This document shows positions 38,657-47,584 of a stretch of DNA of 64,000 nucleotides, one piece after another. The position numbers and the translations under genes are program-made. Source of the stretch: a virus (Duplodnaviria > Caudoviricetes); IMG/VR virus record IMGVR_UViG_3300029288_004596, positions 64,001 through 128,000 of that record; one strand, given 5' to 3'. Every line of letters starts with the position of its first letter. Position 1 is the first letter of the stretch. A model generated the notes under the pieces. The model was not told where the DNA came from, did no database searches, and saw only the letters and a list, made by a program, of their open reading frames with translations.

Positions 38657-41323
38657 TTAGAATCCTTTTCTGGTGAAGCCTGTGTAAGAAGGGAGTTTTC
38701 TTCCAAATGAAGGTCTGATAGGTGAGTAGTCATCCTTTACTACCCTTATCATCCCTGGAACTTTCTCAGGTTCCTCTGAGAAGAACTCCTTAGTGGGTTT
38801 GACCACATAGTCTTCTGTGGCCACTACCTTGAAAGGATCCGCAAAATTAGTGTGCATGGCATGAGCCGCCAGCAATAAGGCGTCTATGATGTGTTCGTTT
38901 CTGCTGGAGTACTTTATGGAGTTGGCTGTGGTAGCCACTACTCTGTAACTCTCCAGTTGTCTGGTGAGTGTAACATGGTTCTTGGAGTATATAAAAGAGT
39001 TATCTTCAAACCATCTCACCACAGTATTAACCATGAAGGGCTTTATGGGTTTGGATACCTTGCCATCTACTGGGTCAAAGATCTCCACCCTATCAGAGAA
39101 GGTTATTCCTTTTATCTTGTTAGAAAGATTAGATGAGGGGTTTTCTTCCCCATACTTCCTGAGGAGCTCACACTGCACCTCTCCATATCCCCTGTCTATG
39201 TAGATAAACCTGGGATTGAAGAGTTCATTGAGTTTAATTATTTTCTGGATGGTATCTATAAGGACATACTCGCTCTGGTCAACCTCTTCACAGTAGGCCA
39301 CCATGTATTTCTTGAGTTCCTGTTCCAGTTTCAGTATGAGGATTGTGGGTCCGGCTTGGTATTTGTCCCAGTCCACTCCCATGGTATATATAGCTGGAGG
39401 TATTGTGTCTGTGAGAGTGAGATAATTATAAGAATGTGCAGCTCTGTCTATATAGGAGTTCCTGAATACCCCCTCGCCCACGTCCGGGAACTCAGCCAGG
39501 TATTCCTGGGTGAACATAGCTTCATTGGCTGAGAGGGCTCTGGCTGACTGTATCTTCTCGTCGTTCCACTCTGGGTTCTTGTCTACCCCTATGTGGATCC
39601 TGTCCCATCTGTGTTCTGCCTGAATAGTATCCTGGTTCTCAGTGGCCCACTTATAGTAAGTGCCCCTGTACTGCTGAGGAGTAGAGGAGACTATGGATAT
39701 AGGTTTCCTGGTGGAGTCGCCTTCCATGATAGGGGTTATGGCTGGCCAGTCTCCCTTGGTCTCTTCATCGTCAGCCAGGTAAGCGGCTTCGTCAATGATG
39801 ACCAGGTCTGCTGTCTGAGATCTTACAGCTGTAGCTTTTCTGTTGGAGGAAGCCCCTGTAGTGAATCCTGAAATCATGGACCCATTCTTGAAAGAGACCT
39901 GGAGATATGGAGCTTCTCTAAGTCTAGCCACCATATCTCCTAAAACAGGACTCACATTAATAAAGTCTTTTACCCTCTGGTAGATCTCCAGAGCTTTTGG
40001 TTTATCAGGGCAGACGACTAGGACCTTGAAGTTAGGTCTGGTGACTGCTGCCCACAGGGCTATAGCTGATAAGGCATGGGTGTTATGAGTGGGAGTATAG
40101 TTGTCTGTAAGGTAAAGTTCTCTAGGGTGGTCTACCATGATGCACTGCATCTCAGTTGAGCCAACCTTCTCTATCTTTACTATAGTCCTTCTAAGATACC
40201 TGGTTGGCAGCCCACCACACTTCTTCCTATCAAGATTGAATATCTCTAGTCCTTCTGGGACTCTAATATTAAGCCTGAACCTTACGCCTGTTACTTTTCT
40301 TGTTCCATTCTTTGTATATCCAGCTTCAGATTCAGATATTTTTACTTTACATCCTAGAGACCTACAAAGCTCAGCTGTGTCTTCCGCTAACTGTTTGCTA
40401 ACAGAGCAAAACTCAGCTTGTCCATTCCTTCTCTTGTCAGAGCTTCCATCAGTATCCATGAGTCCTCTAAGTAGCCATAGTCTATTCTCTATAGAGTTAT
40501 AGAGATACTCTTTTGGAATGAACTTGTTATGAGAGATCGTATTGTCTAGACTTAAAGCTTTTAGGCAGTTGAGGTTCTTTACATAGTAGGATGTAGTCCT
40601 GTTTTCTGGGTCTCTCCTAGAGATTTCTAATCCTGTTCTTTGTTCTATAGTCCTTATAATATCCTCATCGTCGCTAGTAATGGTCCTGGTGTTCATGTGA
40701 CCATCACCTAGCAATACCCCTAGGAGATATGGATCTATAGGTATATCTTTCTGTGTGTGAAGGATAGGAGATACTGGGTTAAGTTTATATTTGTTCTCAG
40801 TCCTATTGTTATAAGAGTAAGTTAAGTCTTCCATAATCTCTTTAGTAGTTAGGACTTTGTTCCCATACTGCTTCCGAGATTTTCCTCTTCCACCCTTCCA
40901 CCCCATACCAGTGAATACTTCCCAGAGGTGTTCGTCTCCAGCTTCTACATAGGTTCCATCATCCAAATGGATCCTGTATATATCTTTTACTCCCTGAGGG
41001 AATATGCCAGTTACTTTAGCTATCTCGCCATCAGGAGTACAGACTGTACTGCCAATCTTTAGAGATCCCATAGTGACAGGACCATCTGGAGTATAGACAG
41101 TAGAATACAGTGGAGCCATCTTCCCGGCTCTCCTGTGCACTCTTATAAGGATTCTTTTGTTCCCTGCCTTGAGGGAATCTATTATCCTGTTCTGAGCGTA
41201 GTTGAGAACTATGGGACCGTGGTTGGTGTCCTCGGGATTGTTTATAAAAGTCTCTATCCACTCCTTGGGGTCTTTGAATACTTCCTCTAAGAGCTCTAGA
41301 TCTTCCTGTGTATAATCGCTCAT
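38657..41323 (-). CDS. terL: terminase large subunit, intein-containing
   Basis: The spliced Walker A reads RRAGK|T. Walker B is LVIIDEAA, followed by SSTP, FTQEYLAEF, nuclease MGVDW, YIDRGYG and EHIIDA. Confidence 0.92.
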   Translation of the reverse strand: MSDYTQEDLELLEEVFKDPKEWIETFINNPEDTNHGPIVLNYAQNRIIDSLKAGNKRILIRVHRRAGKMAPLYSTVYTPDGPVTMGSLKIGSTVCTPDGEIAKVTGIFPQGVKDIYRIHLDDGTYVEAGDEHLWEVFTGMGWKGGRGKSRKQYGNKVLTTKEIMEDLTYSYNNRTENKYKLNPVSPILHTQKDIPIDPYLLGVLLGDGHMNTRTITSDDEDIIRTIEQRTGLEISRRDPENRTTSYYVKNLNCLKALSLDNTISHNKFIPKEYLYNSIENRLWLLRGLMDTDGSSDKRRNGQAEFCSVSKQLAEDTAELCRSLGCKVKISESEAGYTKNGTRKVTGVRFRLNIRVPEGLEIFNLDRKKCGGLPTRYLRRTIVKIEKVGSTEMQCIMVDHPRELYLTDNYTPTHNTHALSAIALWAAVTRPNFKVLVVCPDKPKALEIYQRVKDFINVSPVLGDMVARLREAPYLQVSFKNGSMISGFTTGASSNRKATAVRSQTADLVIIDEAAYLADDEETKGDWPAITPIMEGDSTRKPISIVSSTPQQYRGTYYKWATENQDTIQAEHRWDRIHIGVDKNPEWNDEKIQSARALSANEAMFTQEYLAEFPDVGEGVFRNSYIDRAAHSYNYLTLTDTIPPAIYTMGVDWDKYQAGPTILILKLEQELKKYMVAYCEEVDQSEYVLIDTIQKIIKLNELFNPRFIYIDRGYGEVQCELLRKYGEENPSSNLSNKIKGITFSDRVEIFDPVDGKVSKPIKPFMVNTVVRWFEDNSFIYSKNHVTLTRQLESYRVVATTANSIKYSSRNEHIIDALLLAAHAMHTNFADPFKVVATEDYVVKPTKEFFSEEPEKVPGMIRVVKDDYSPIRPSFGRKLPSYTGFTRKGF
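40082..41119 (-). mobile_element. intein (346 aa) with LAGLIDADG homing endonuclease, class-3 signature
   Basis: Starts MAPLYSTVYTPDG after GK. Block B EHLW, LAGLIDADG motifs LGVLLGDG and LRGLMDTDG, block F MQCIMV. Ends PTHN, followed by +1 Thr. Confidence 0.9.
41036..41050. repeat. dispersed palindrome AGTACAGACTGTACT
   Basis: Perfect arms; inside the intein coding region (STVCT). Confidence 0.8.
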
Positions 41324-41742
41324 CTTCTAGCATATCTGGCAGCCATCATAGAAGCTTCGCTTCCTATAAGTCCTCTGGCTATTCCAAGTTGCTGTAGTCC
41401 TCTCTGCTGAGCCATGGATGTGGCTTCTGTGTGCTGATATGAATGTGAGAATGGGGTTCTGAACTCTCTCTGCCATGCTCTGGTATTCTGGGAGAAGTTA
41501 TACAGAGCTTTGCCAGCATTATAGATAGCTCCTGGGTTGGTGACTATAAGAGCTGGCAAAAAACCCATAGTGGTCCATGCAGCTAACGACCCAGCGGCTA
41601 TAGCCCCAGCTATTATGGGATTTTGTCCCTGAGAGACTCTTTCCCTGAAGGCTGCCAGTTCTCCCACGCCTCCAAGTGCTGATCCGGCTATGTGTCCCCA
41701 AGATCCCCCAAGCATTCTGGATGTGTCTTTTATAAGGCTCAT
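41320..41742 (-). CDS. small Gly/Ala-rich protein with a hydrophobic segment
   Basis: Operon-coupled; IIAGAIAAGSLAAWTTMGFLPALIV. Confidence 0.6.
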   Translation of the reverse strand: MSLIKDTSRMLGGSWGHIAGSALGGVGELAAFRERVSQGQNPIIAGAIAAGSLAAWTTMGFLPALIVTNPGAIYNAGKALYNFSQNTRAWQREFRTPFSHSYQHTEATSMAQQRGLQQLGIARGLIGSEASMMAARYARR

Positions 41743-42257
41743 CTGTTATTTCTCATGGCTAGCGGCAAAGAACCGGAAGCTCCCAGCATATCTGGTCTAG
41801 AGACTTCCATGACTCCTGAAGGAGACATCTCCACATTATACTTCTGGTATCCTTGGGATTTCTGAATAGAACCTGCTGCTACGCCAAGACCCCCGGCTAC
41901 ACCAAGGGTTCCAAGCACAAGTTTGTTCTGCAGGTTCCTGTGCAGTTGAAAGGGAGTCCCGCCTAGTTCTCCGTAGAGGTCCTTGGCAAAGATATTCTTC
42001 CCCAGTATGCCTCTGCCTATCTTATAGGAGAGACCCACAGCTCCAGCGGCAGTTTCTCCAGCCACTTCCACAGCTCCTCTGGCCACTCCAGCAGATCTTA
42101 CCACAGCGTTTTCTATTACTCCTGGGGAGATGCCGATAAGAGACCTCGAGGCTGTGGCCGCTATGAGTCCAGCCTCTTTCCCTGTGGCTAGCGTCCCTTT
42201 CATAAGGAGGCCAGCTAGTCCAGCCGCCAGTTTGTTTACTGGCTCCCAAGGGCTCAT
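41739..42257 (-). CDS. small Gly/Ala-rich protein
   Basis: Operon-coupled through ATGA overlaps; LGTLGVAGGLGVAAG. Confidence 0.6.
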   Translation of the reverse strand: MSPWEPVNKLAAGLAGLLMKGTLATGKEAGLIAATASRSLIGISPGVIENAVVRSAGVARGAVEVAGETAAGAVGLSYKIGRGILGKNIFAKDLYGELGGTPFQLHRNLQNKLVLGTLGVAGGLGVAAGSIQKSQGYQKYNVEMSPSGVMEVSRPDMLGASGSLPLAMRNNR

Positions 42258-42595
42258 AGGCCAGCTCTGGCTCTTCTAGAACTCCTAGCGGCTCCTGATA
42301 TAGCGGTGGGGTTGTTAAATCTAGCGGCTGTGTATATGTTTGAGAGACCGCCTCGTCCCCCAAGCAGGTAGTAACCTGTGCCAGCCCCAGCTCCTACAAC
42401 AGCTCCTCGCTTCCAGTCTCTGCCAGTGGCTCCATACCCTATAGCTCCTGCTCCAGCTCCTATGCCGGCTCTAGCCCCGAGGGCTTTCCAGGCGCCTTTG
42501 TTTCCAGCCCATAGCATTCCGCCTCGGGATCTGGCTGAGCCTTTTGCCATTCTCCAAGCTGATTCCCAGTTTACTCCTAAAAATGGAGCTGCCAT
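42254..42595 (-). CDS. glycine-zipper small protein
   Basis: AGIGAGAGAIGYG...GAVVGAGAGTG. Confidence 0.6.
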   Translation of the reverse strand: MAAPFLGVNWESAWRMAKGSARSRGGMLWAGNKGAWKALGARAGIGAGAGAIGYGATGRDWKRGAVVGAGAGTGYYLLGGRGGLSNIYTAARFNNPTAISGAARSSRRARAGL

Positions 42596-42666
42596 GTTAC
42601 TTTCCTTTGGTTCCCGCTGGGGTCATGGTTCCAGCTGGTTTCAGGGTCTTGGTCATGACTTTGATG

Positions 42667-43362
42667 CTAGCCTGACTCGGTGGTTTGGCCTTCGATAAGT
42701 TTGCCTTGCTCATTTCTTCTTCTCCTAATTATATCAATGATGTTTGCGGAGCTCTCCGCAACCTTAGACTGTTTTACTGACTGTTCCAGTTTCTCTCTCC
42801 TGGAAGCCATGAGTTCCTTATACTTCTGGGATATATCCCTTCTGATCTCTCTCGCCGCCTCAAAGCCCATGTTGACTCTCTTGGCGTAGATAGCCTGACC
42901 AGTCTTGTTGGAAACTCCTATGGGGGTCTCGTCATAGAGGGGGTGATCCTTTTGGTAAAGGTCGCACCTTCTCATCTGAAGATGGAGCCTCACAAGGTCC
43001 ACCACTAACTGAATATCCGCAAACTCTGTAGGTTGTATCTGCAGGTCCACTATGTATCCAGCTAATATCTTATAGGCGTTGAGGACTTCAACCCCGCACT
43101 TCCTGCCCTTGAACTCTTCATCCACAAGGTCGTCAGCAGCCTCGCAGTATTTCCCAAATTCGCAGTTCTCTTTTCCGAGACAGACCATGGGAACATCTGT
43201 GTAGACTCCTGTTATAGTGTTAACTCTTCGGACAGCTTCTGCTGTCCATTCCTTAGGGAGGGCTGAGGACATCCTGCAGTCAGAGAGTTCTCCATTGTGC
43301 AATACATCTTTGAGGTTTTCTATAGGGGTGAGGTCGAAGGTTATCCCTAGGGCATTAGCCAT
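42667..43362 (-). CDS. hypothetical protein, candidate terminase small subunit
   Basis: Upstream of terL with a GGAGG RBS. Cys cluster (CLGKENCEFGKYC...C) followed by a helical region. Function inferred from position only. Confidence 0.45.
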   Translation of the reverse strand: MANALGITFDLTPIENLKDVLHNGELSDCRMSSALPKEWTAEAVRRVNTITGVYTDVPMVCLGKENCEFGKYCEAADDLVDEEFKGRKCGVEVLNAYKILAGYIVDLQIQPTEFADIQLVVDLVRLHLQMRRCDLYQKDHPLYDETPIGVSNKTGQAIYAKRVNMGFEAAREIRRDISQKYKELMASRREKLEQSVKQSKVAESSANIIDIIRRRRNEQGKLIEGQTTESG

Positions 43363-43435
43363 GGGTCCTCCTAACTATATTTTGGTGTTCATTTATTATA
43401 GAGGTAGGTTTAGTGTCAAAAAAACCTGATTTGTA

Positions 43436-43792
43436 TCATCTCGGGGTCATCTTGACTATAATGCTTCTGATTCTGTCCGCTTCCTTGTGCAGTCTCTCCA
43501 CATGTTTATCCAGGGTATCCCTGGTGTCTACTCCCACCGCAGCGCCGCATGCTCTGAGTTCCAGAGTCTCCACAGCCTGGGTATCCAGTTCCTTTAAGTA
43601 CTCATGGGCCACATCCAGCACATGGAATACGTCTACTCCATTCATGTCTTCTCCCATGAAGTCAAACATTCTTTGATAGGCTAACCCCTCGTTAGGGGTT
43701 AGCAGTCTATCTACATTGGATGTATCCCCAAATCTGGGGAGATCCTCAGGGGTCAGGTCAAAATCTTCACTCAAAACTTGCCGATCTCCCAT
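43436..43792 (-). CDS. hypothetical acidic protein
   Basis: The start is uncertain (43792 or the TTG at 43774). Continues the operon. Confidence 0.5.
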   Translation of the reverse strand: MGDRQVLSEDFDLTPEDLPRFGDTSNVDRLLTPNEGLAYQRMFDFMGEDMNGVDVFHVLDVAHEYLKELDTQAVETLELRACGAAVGVDTRDTLDKHVERLHKEADRIRSIIVKMTPR

Positions 43793-44055
43793 TCCTCCCA
43801 CTGTCCTTTGGGAAACTCTTTCCACTTCAACTTCTTTATCCTCCTGCCACAGAAAGGGCACACATTGGGAATTCGCCAACCTGAGGGCCAGAAGTCTAAG
43901 TTAAACTTATCACTATGCCCACAGTTAACCTCTATACTTCTGCATTCTCCATCATCTGGCTTTATCTTCCATTCACAAAAATCTGAGGTCCATATCACAG
44001 AGTCATTCTCTCTGACAATGACTCTTCCATTATCATCTACTTCAACTCTTATCAT
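43771..44055 (-). CDS. hypothetical zinc-ribbon protein
   Basis: Start MIRVEV after GGAGG; C..., NCGH and CPFCG. Confidence 0.55.
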   Translation of the reverse strand: MIRVEVDDNGRVIVRENDSVIWTSDFCEWKIKPDDGECRSIEVNCGHSDKFNLDFWPSGWRIPNVCPFCGRRIKKLKWKEFPKGQWEEWEIGKF

Positions 44056-44056
44056 T

Positions 44057-44320
44057 TTACCTCCACTTGGACACATCATAGTATGCAGTCTGTTCTCCAT
44101 AAAATACATTCAGATAAACCGATCCTGGAGACACATATATTGTAGCGCACCCATCAGAATGGAATCTCTTTCCATCCTTATATAACTTAATAGGCAGATT
44201 CACATACTTCTCTATAGAAAATACCCTATCATCTTCCAAGGGTTCTTTTATAGACTGGATAGTCTCTTTAAGTTCTTTCTCATCCACCTTGCAGGAAACA
44301 GGACCCTCTAGAGTAATCAT
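44057..44320 (-). CDS. hypothetical protein
   Basis: Operon-coupled ORF. Confidence 0.5.
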   Translation of the reverse strand: MITLEGPVSCKVDEKELKETIQSIKEPLEDDRVFSIEKYVNLPIKLYKDGKRFHSDGCATIYVSPGSVYLNVFYGEQTAYYDVSKWR

Positions 44321-44922
44321 TCCAGTACCGCCTCCAGCAGGGTATCCACAGGGTTCAGTTCATTCTCCACATAAGAAGCCAGACATCTCAGGGAACAGAA
44401 GACCATGGTGTGTCCTCCAAAGATAAGCTTGGGTATCTCCTTGCCTATATCCCCTTCTGGCATTAAACCTTCACATAGAGGACAGACTCTATTAGGTCTG
44501 GTATCCTCATGTTCCTCTTTCATTCTGGCATAGAGTTCTTCTGCCGACCAGTCCCCGTCCACAGCCATCTCTATCCATTCCATAGGGTTATCCGCGCCAG
44601 CCGCATTCCTGTAGTGGCTCCAGGACAACCCGGTCATCCGTTCCTCTTTCTTAGGGAATCTGGAAGAGATCCACCTATACTGTCTCACAGTGTCAGGCTT
44701 GAGTCCTATCTGGGAAGCGAACACTGCCACGGCTTCCTTGCCCAGGTCTCTTTCCACCTTGTAGGCTATATCCCCCAGGGCCCATGAAGAACCATCATTA
44801 AGTTCTCTGGCCACAACTCCTCTAGACACCAGCTCTTCCAGAGATTCTCTGGGAAGTGTATCAGCTACCTCAGGGACTGGAGCAAGTTCATCCAGCTCAT
44901 CAATAATGCCTTCTATAGACAT
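44317..44922 (-). CDS. LmbU-like DNA-binding protein with a C-terminal CxxC...CxxxC motif
   Basis: SWALGD...TVRQYRWISSRF...LSWSHY...WIEMA...WSAEEL resembles the LmbU family pattern (WxLGD...TLRNYxWV.R.F...LSF.HH...W.....WS..EL). Confidence 0.6.
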   Translation of the reverse strand: MSIEGIIDELDELAPVPEVADTLPRESLEELVSRGVVARELNDGSSWALGDIAYKVERDLGKEAVAVFASQIGLKPDTVRQYRWISSRFPKKEERMTGLSWSHYRNAAGADNPMEWIEMAVDGDWSAEELYARMKEEHEDTRPNRVCPLCEGLMPEGDIGKEIPKLIFGGHTMVFCSLRCLASYVENELNPVDTLLEAVLE

Positions 44923-44990
44923 CCATTCCTCCTGTCGCTAGTAATTGCTTACTACCACACTCATCGTGGTTTTATGCTAAACCACTCTTA

Positions 44991-45446
44991 TTATATCAAG
45001 TTTTCTATGTTCTCAGCAAGTTTTTTAGGGGTGTTCCCTGACACAGCCATCCCATTATGCCACACCTCTAAATGGAGATGAGGAGCTCTGAGAAACCTGC
45101 CCACATACCCTATGCACTGTCCAGCCTTAACTGTAGCCCCAACCTTGATAGAGGGACTGACTACATGCACATGGGCATACATAATCCTGTACTCAGTATT
45201 CCTTATTAGGACTCTGCCATTCCTCCCAGAGGGCTCCATCACTTCCACAGTCCCAGCGCTCATTGCGAAAACCGGGGAGCCAGCTTTAGTATACAAATCC
45301 AGTCCATCCCCATTACGGGCTGTGTACCCCAGGAACACGTTGTGTCCAGGGACGCTGGTCTTCCTGTAAACAGATCGTCCATGTAAAGTATTGTTATACT
45401 TCAGTTCACTTATCTTCTTCTCTAGTGGTTGTCTTAACTTAGTCAT
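44991..45446 (-). CDS. M23-family peptidase (candidate lysin)
   Basis: GLDL..KAGSPVFA..AGTV, YAHV, VKAGQ.IG.VG and PHLHLEV. Confidence 0.8.
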   Translation of the reverse strand: MTKLRQPLEKKISELKYNNTLHGRSVYRKTSVPGHNVFLGYTARNGDGLDLYTKAGSPVFAMSAGTVEVMEPSGRNGRVLIRNTEYRIMYAHVHVVSPSIKVGATVKAGQCIGYVGRFLRAPHLHLEVWHNGMAVSGNTPKKLAENIENLI

Positions 45447-45499
45447 TATTTCCCTCCAGGTACGTCGGTATTCTAGAAGAATACCTCCACTTTATATTA

Positions 45500-45566
45500 T
45501 AGCCTTGGATTATGAATCCAATGGATAGCCTTGATATTACCATAGGCAATATCAATGGATAGCCTT
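45500..45566. repeat. tandem TAGCC-hairpin-TGGA elements at the divergence point of the two arms
   Basis: TAGCC TTGGATT-ATG-AATCCAA TGGA, then TAGCC TTGATATT-ACCATAGGC-AATATCAA TGGA, then TAGCCTT. A minus-strand TATAAT abuts at 45501-45496. Confidence 0.75.
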
Positions 45567-45775
45567 CTACTAGAGGTTCCTTAGGGAGGAGGTGGTGTCT
45601 CCATGACCTAGGGGAACCTAGGATTAGTAGAATCCTAAGGGATTAGGGGATGCTCCATTCCTTTTTCAGGTTTTTTCATTTTGGATTGGCTGTCCTAGTA
45701 CACTGTCAAGGCTAGGGGCACCCTAATATATTCTGCCCCACCCCTTGTGAGTGACTAACTAAAAGGAGTAGAACG

Positions 45776-45997
45776 ATGAACAGAAAACTGGAAAGTCTAG
45801 TAGCCAATGTGCTGCTAGCGCTCATAGCTGTGGTAGGAGCAGCTGTGATCATAGGAGCCTTGTGGGCTATAGAGTCCACAGCTGAGATAGTGGCTAATAG
45901 ACTAGCTACCTGGTCAGGAACACAGTTATTAGTGGCAGTATTTGCCAATGCAGTCCTTTGGGCAGTAGCTTTAGGTCTCCTGCTCAGAAAGAAATAA
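45776..45997 (+). CDS. small membrane protein (2 TM)
   Basis: AAAAGGAG RBS; two hydrophobic helices. Confidence 0.65.
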   Translation: MNRKLESLVANVLLALIAVVGAAVIIGALWAIESTAEIVANRLATWSGTQLLVAVFANAVLWAVALGLLLRKK

Positions 45998-46010
45998 AAG
46001 GAGTAACACA

Positions 46011-46208
46011 ATGATTGTAGACAAGAAGTTTAGAAAGATATATGAGTTCCTCTTAGCAGAGACTCATAACAGAACACTCTCTCAAGATGAGGTTCTCGAC
46101 CTTATCAAGAGAGCAGAGTGGCTAGCTGGGACATCAGTCTACCAGTTTCTAGATCCCTATAAGATATTAGGGGTCTCTAGGGAGGAACTAGATGCTAGAA
46201 GTAGTTGA
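46011..46208 (+). CDS. hypothetical protein
   Basis: AAAAGGAG RBS; ends in a DPYKILGV motif. Confidence 0.6.
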   Translation: MIVDKKFRKIYEFLLAETHNRTLSQDEVLDLIKRAEWLAGTSVYQFLDPYKILGVSREELDARSS

Positions 46209-46401
46209 GTATGGAAGTCAGGTCTTGATAGGTAGGGCCAATAACTATAGAGAGGTGGTCTCTCTTATAAAAGATCATCTCTCTTCAGACTACTCTGATA
46301 TCCAGGTCGTGACTGTGGACATCAAACCTAACTACACAAGGGTGGTGGCAATTTGCCACCCTAGTTTGGATTCATTTTCCTATGAGGTATACCCTGCCTG
46401 A
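46192..46401 (+). CDS. hypothetical protein
   Basis: GGAGG RBS; coupled to the previous gene. Confidence 0.55.
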   Translation: MLEVVEYGSQVLIGRANNYREVVSLIKDHLSSDYSDIQVVTVDIKPNYTRVVAICHPSLDSFSYEVYPA

Positions 46402-46483
46402 TAGTTGATACCCTGCCCTAAGGTTACTAGTTCAGGAGAGTTGATAGGGCTAGACTCTCCACCTATAAAAAGGAGCACATAAA

Positions 46484-47137
46484 ATGCAGAGCAAGAACTT
46501 TAACCTCACAAGCGTACTACCAAACCTCAGATTTTCTTGGAATGACTCTAAGGGAGTAATCAAGACCTCAGAAGACACAGTCAAAATAAAGCTGGGAGAG
46601 TCCAGCTTTGAAGCTAAGAACAAAGCTCACTACACAGTCACAGTCAGTTATGATCTTGGGCTCTTTAGAAGACTGATTCCCTCTAACCTTCTTAAGAGAC
46701 TGGCTGAGAAACTGCTAACTAAGATCTCCCTAGAGATAGGATATGTCTCCGAAGAAGCAGAGGTTAACATTATCAGAGCTGATAAGGAAGCTGCAATCAC
46801 ATATGGCGCAGCACACTCAGCTCTAACAATCTCAGGCGAACAAATCATCAGACTTATACAACAAATAAAGTCTGGGGATATGACTCCCCCTAGTCTTGTC
46901 TACAACCATCACTTGGATGGATTCACTTACACCTCCCCATTAGGTGAAGTAGTAATGTTAGAGAGCATTGACCTGACAGCTGGAAGATATGTTACTATTC
47001 GCTCAGCTATGATAGGGGACAGGTTCATTGGGGACATCTCCTTCGATGTGCTTGACCCACTAGGAATACCAGAGTGGTTTATGACTATAGGGGAAGAAGT
47101 TAGCAACCTTCTTCCTAACCCAACAGATATACTATAG
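46484..47137 (+). CDS. hypothetical protein
   Basis: AAAAAGGAG RBS; 217 aa. Confidence 0.65.
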   Translation: MQSKNFNLTSVLPNLRFSWNDSKGVIKTSEDTVKIKLGESSFEAKNKAHYTVTVSYDLGLFRRLIPSNLLKRLAEKLLTKISLEIGYVSEEAEVNIIRADKEAAITYGAAHSALTISGEQIIRLIQQIKSGDMTPPSLVYNHHLDGFTYTSPLGEVVMLESIDLTAGRYVTIRSAMIGDRFIGDISFDVLDPLGIPEWFMTIGEEVSNLLPNPTDIL

Positions 47138-47275
47138 TTAAAGTAGTAGAACATAGCCTCAGACCTAGTCCCTTAGAAATAGGGGGCTAGGATGTGGGAC
47201 TAGAGATAGTTTACTGATAAACTATGACCACACATAAGACAAGGACAGTCTCTAAAACCAAAAAGGAGTGACGCA

Positions 47276-47497
47276 ATGTCATTTATGAACAAACTAGCCA
47301 GAGTAGCTGGCAAAGCAACCAGTGTAGTTGTTAACAACTACATACCCACCGCAGCTAAGGCAACAGCAAAGGCTGCTGTTATAACAGCTAAAGCGGCTCA
47401 GGCTGCTGCCAAAGAAGCCAGGGAAGGGTACTTAGAAGCTAAGACCTCTGAGCCTGAGACCAAAGCTAAAGTTACTATAGATATAACAGATTTATAG
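47276..47497 (+). CDS. small Ala/Lys-rich protein
   Basis: Strong RBS. KEAREGY resembles KEDFLEGY in 54713-55039. Confidence 0.6.
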   Translation: MSFMNKLARVAGKATSVVVNNYIPTAAKATAKAAVITAKAAQAAAKEAREGYLEAKTSEPETKAKVTIDITDL

Positions 47498-47584
47498 TGA
47501 CCCCAGACAGAGTCCCTTCCACACAGGGGACTCTGATGTGGGATTACCACAACATCTGGCAGCCCCAGATAAAGGAGTATAATA

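Noticed and set aside
46150-46190. DnaJ domain (DPYKILGV)
   Set aside because: The motif is at the very C-terminus, with no HPD motif or following helices.
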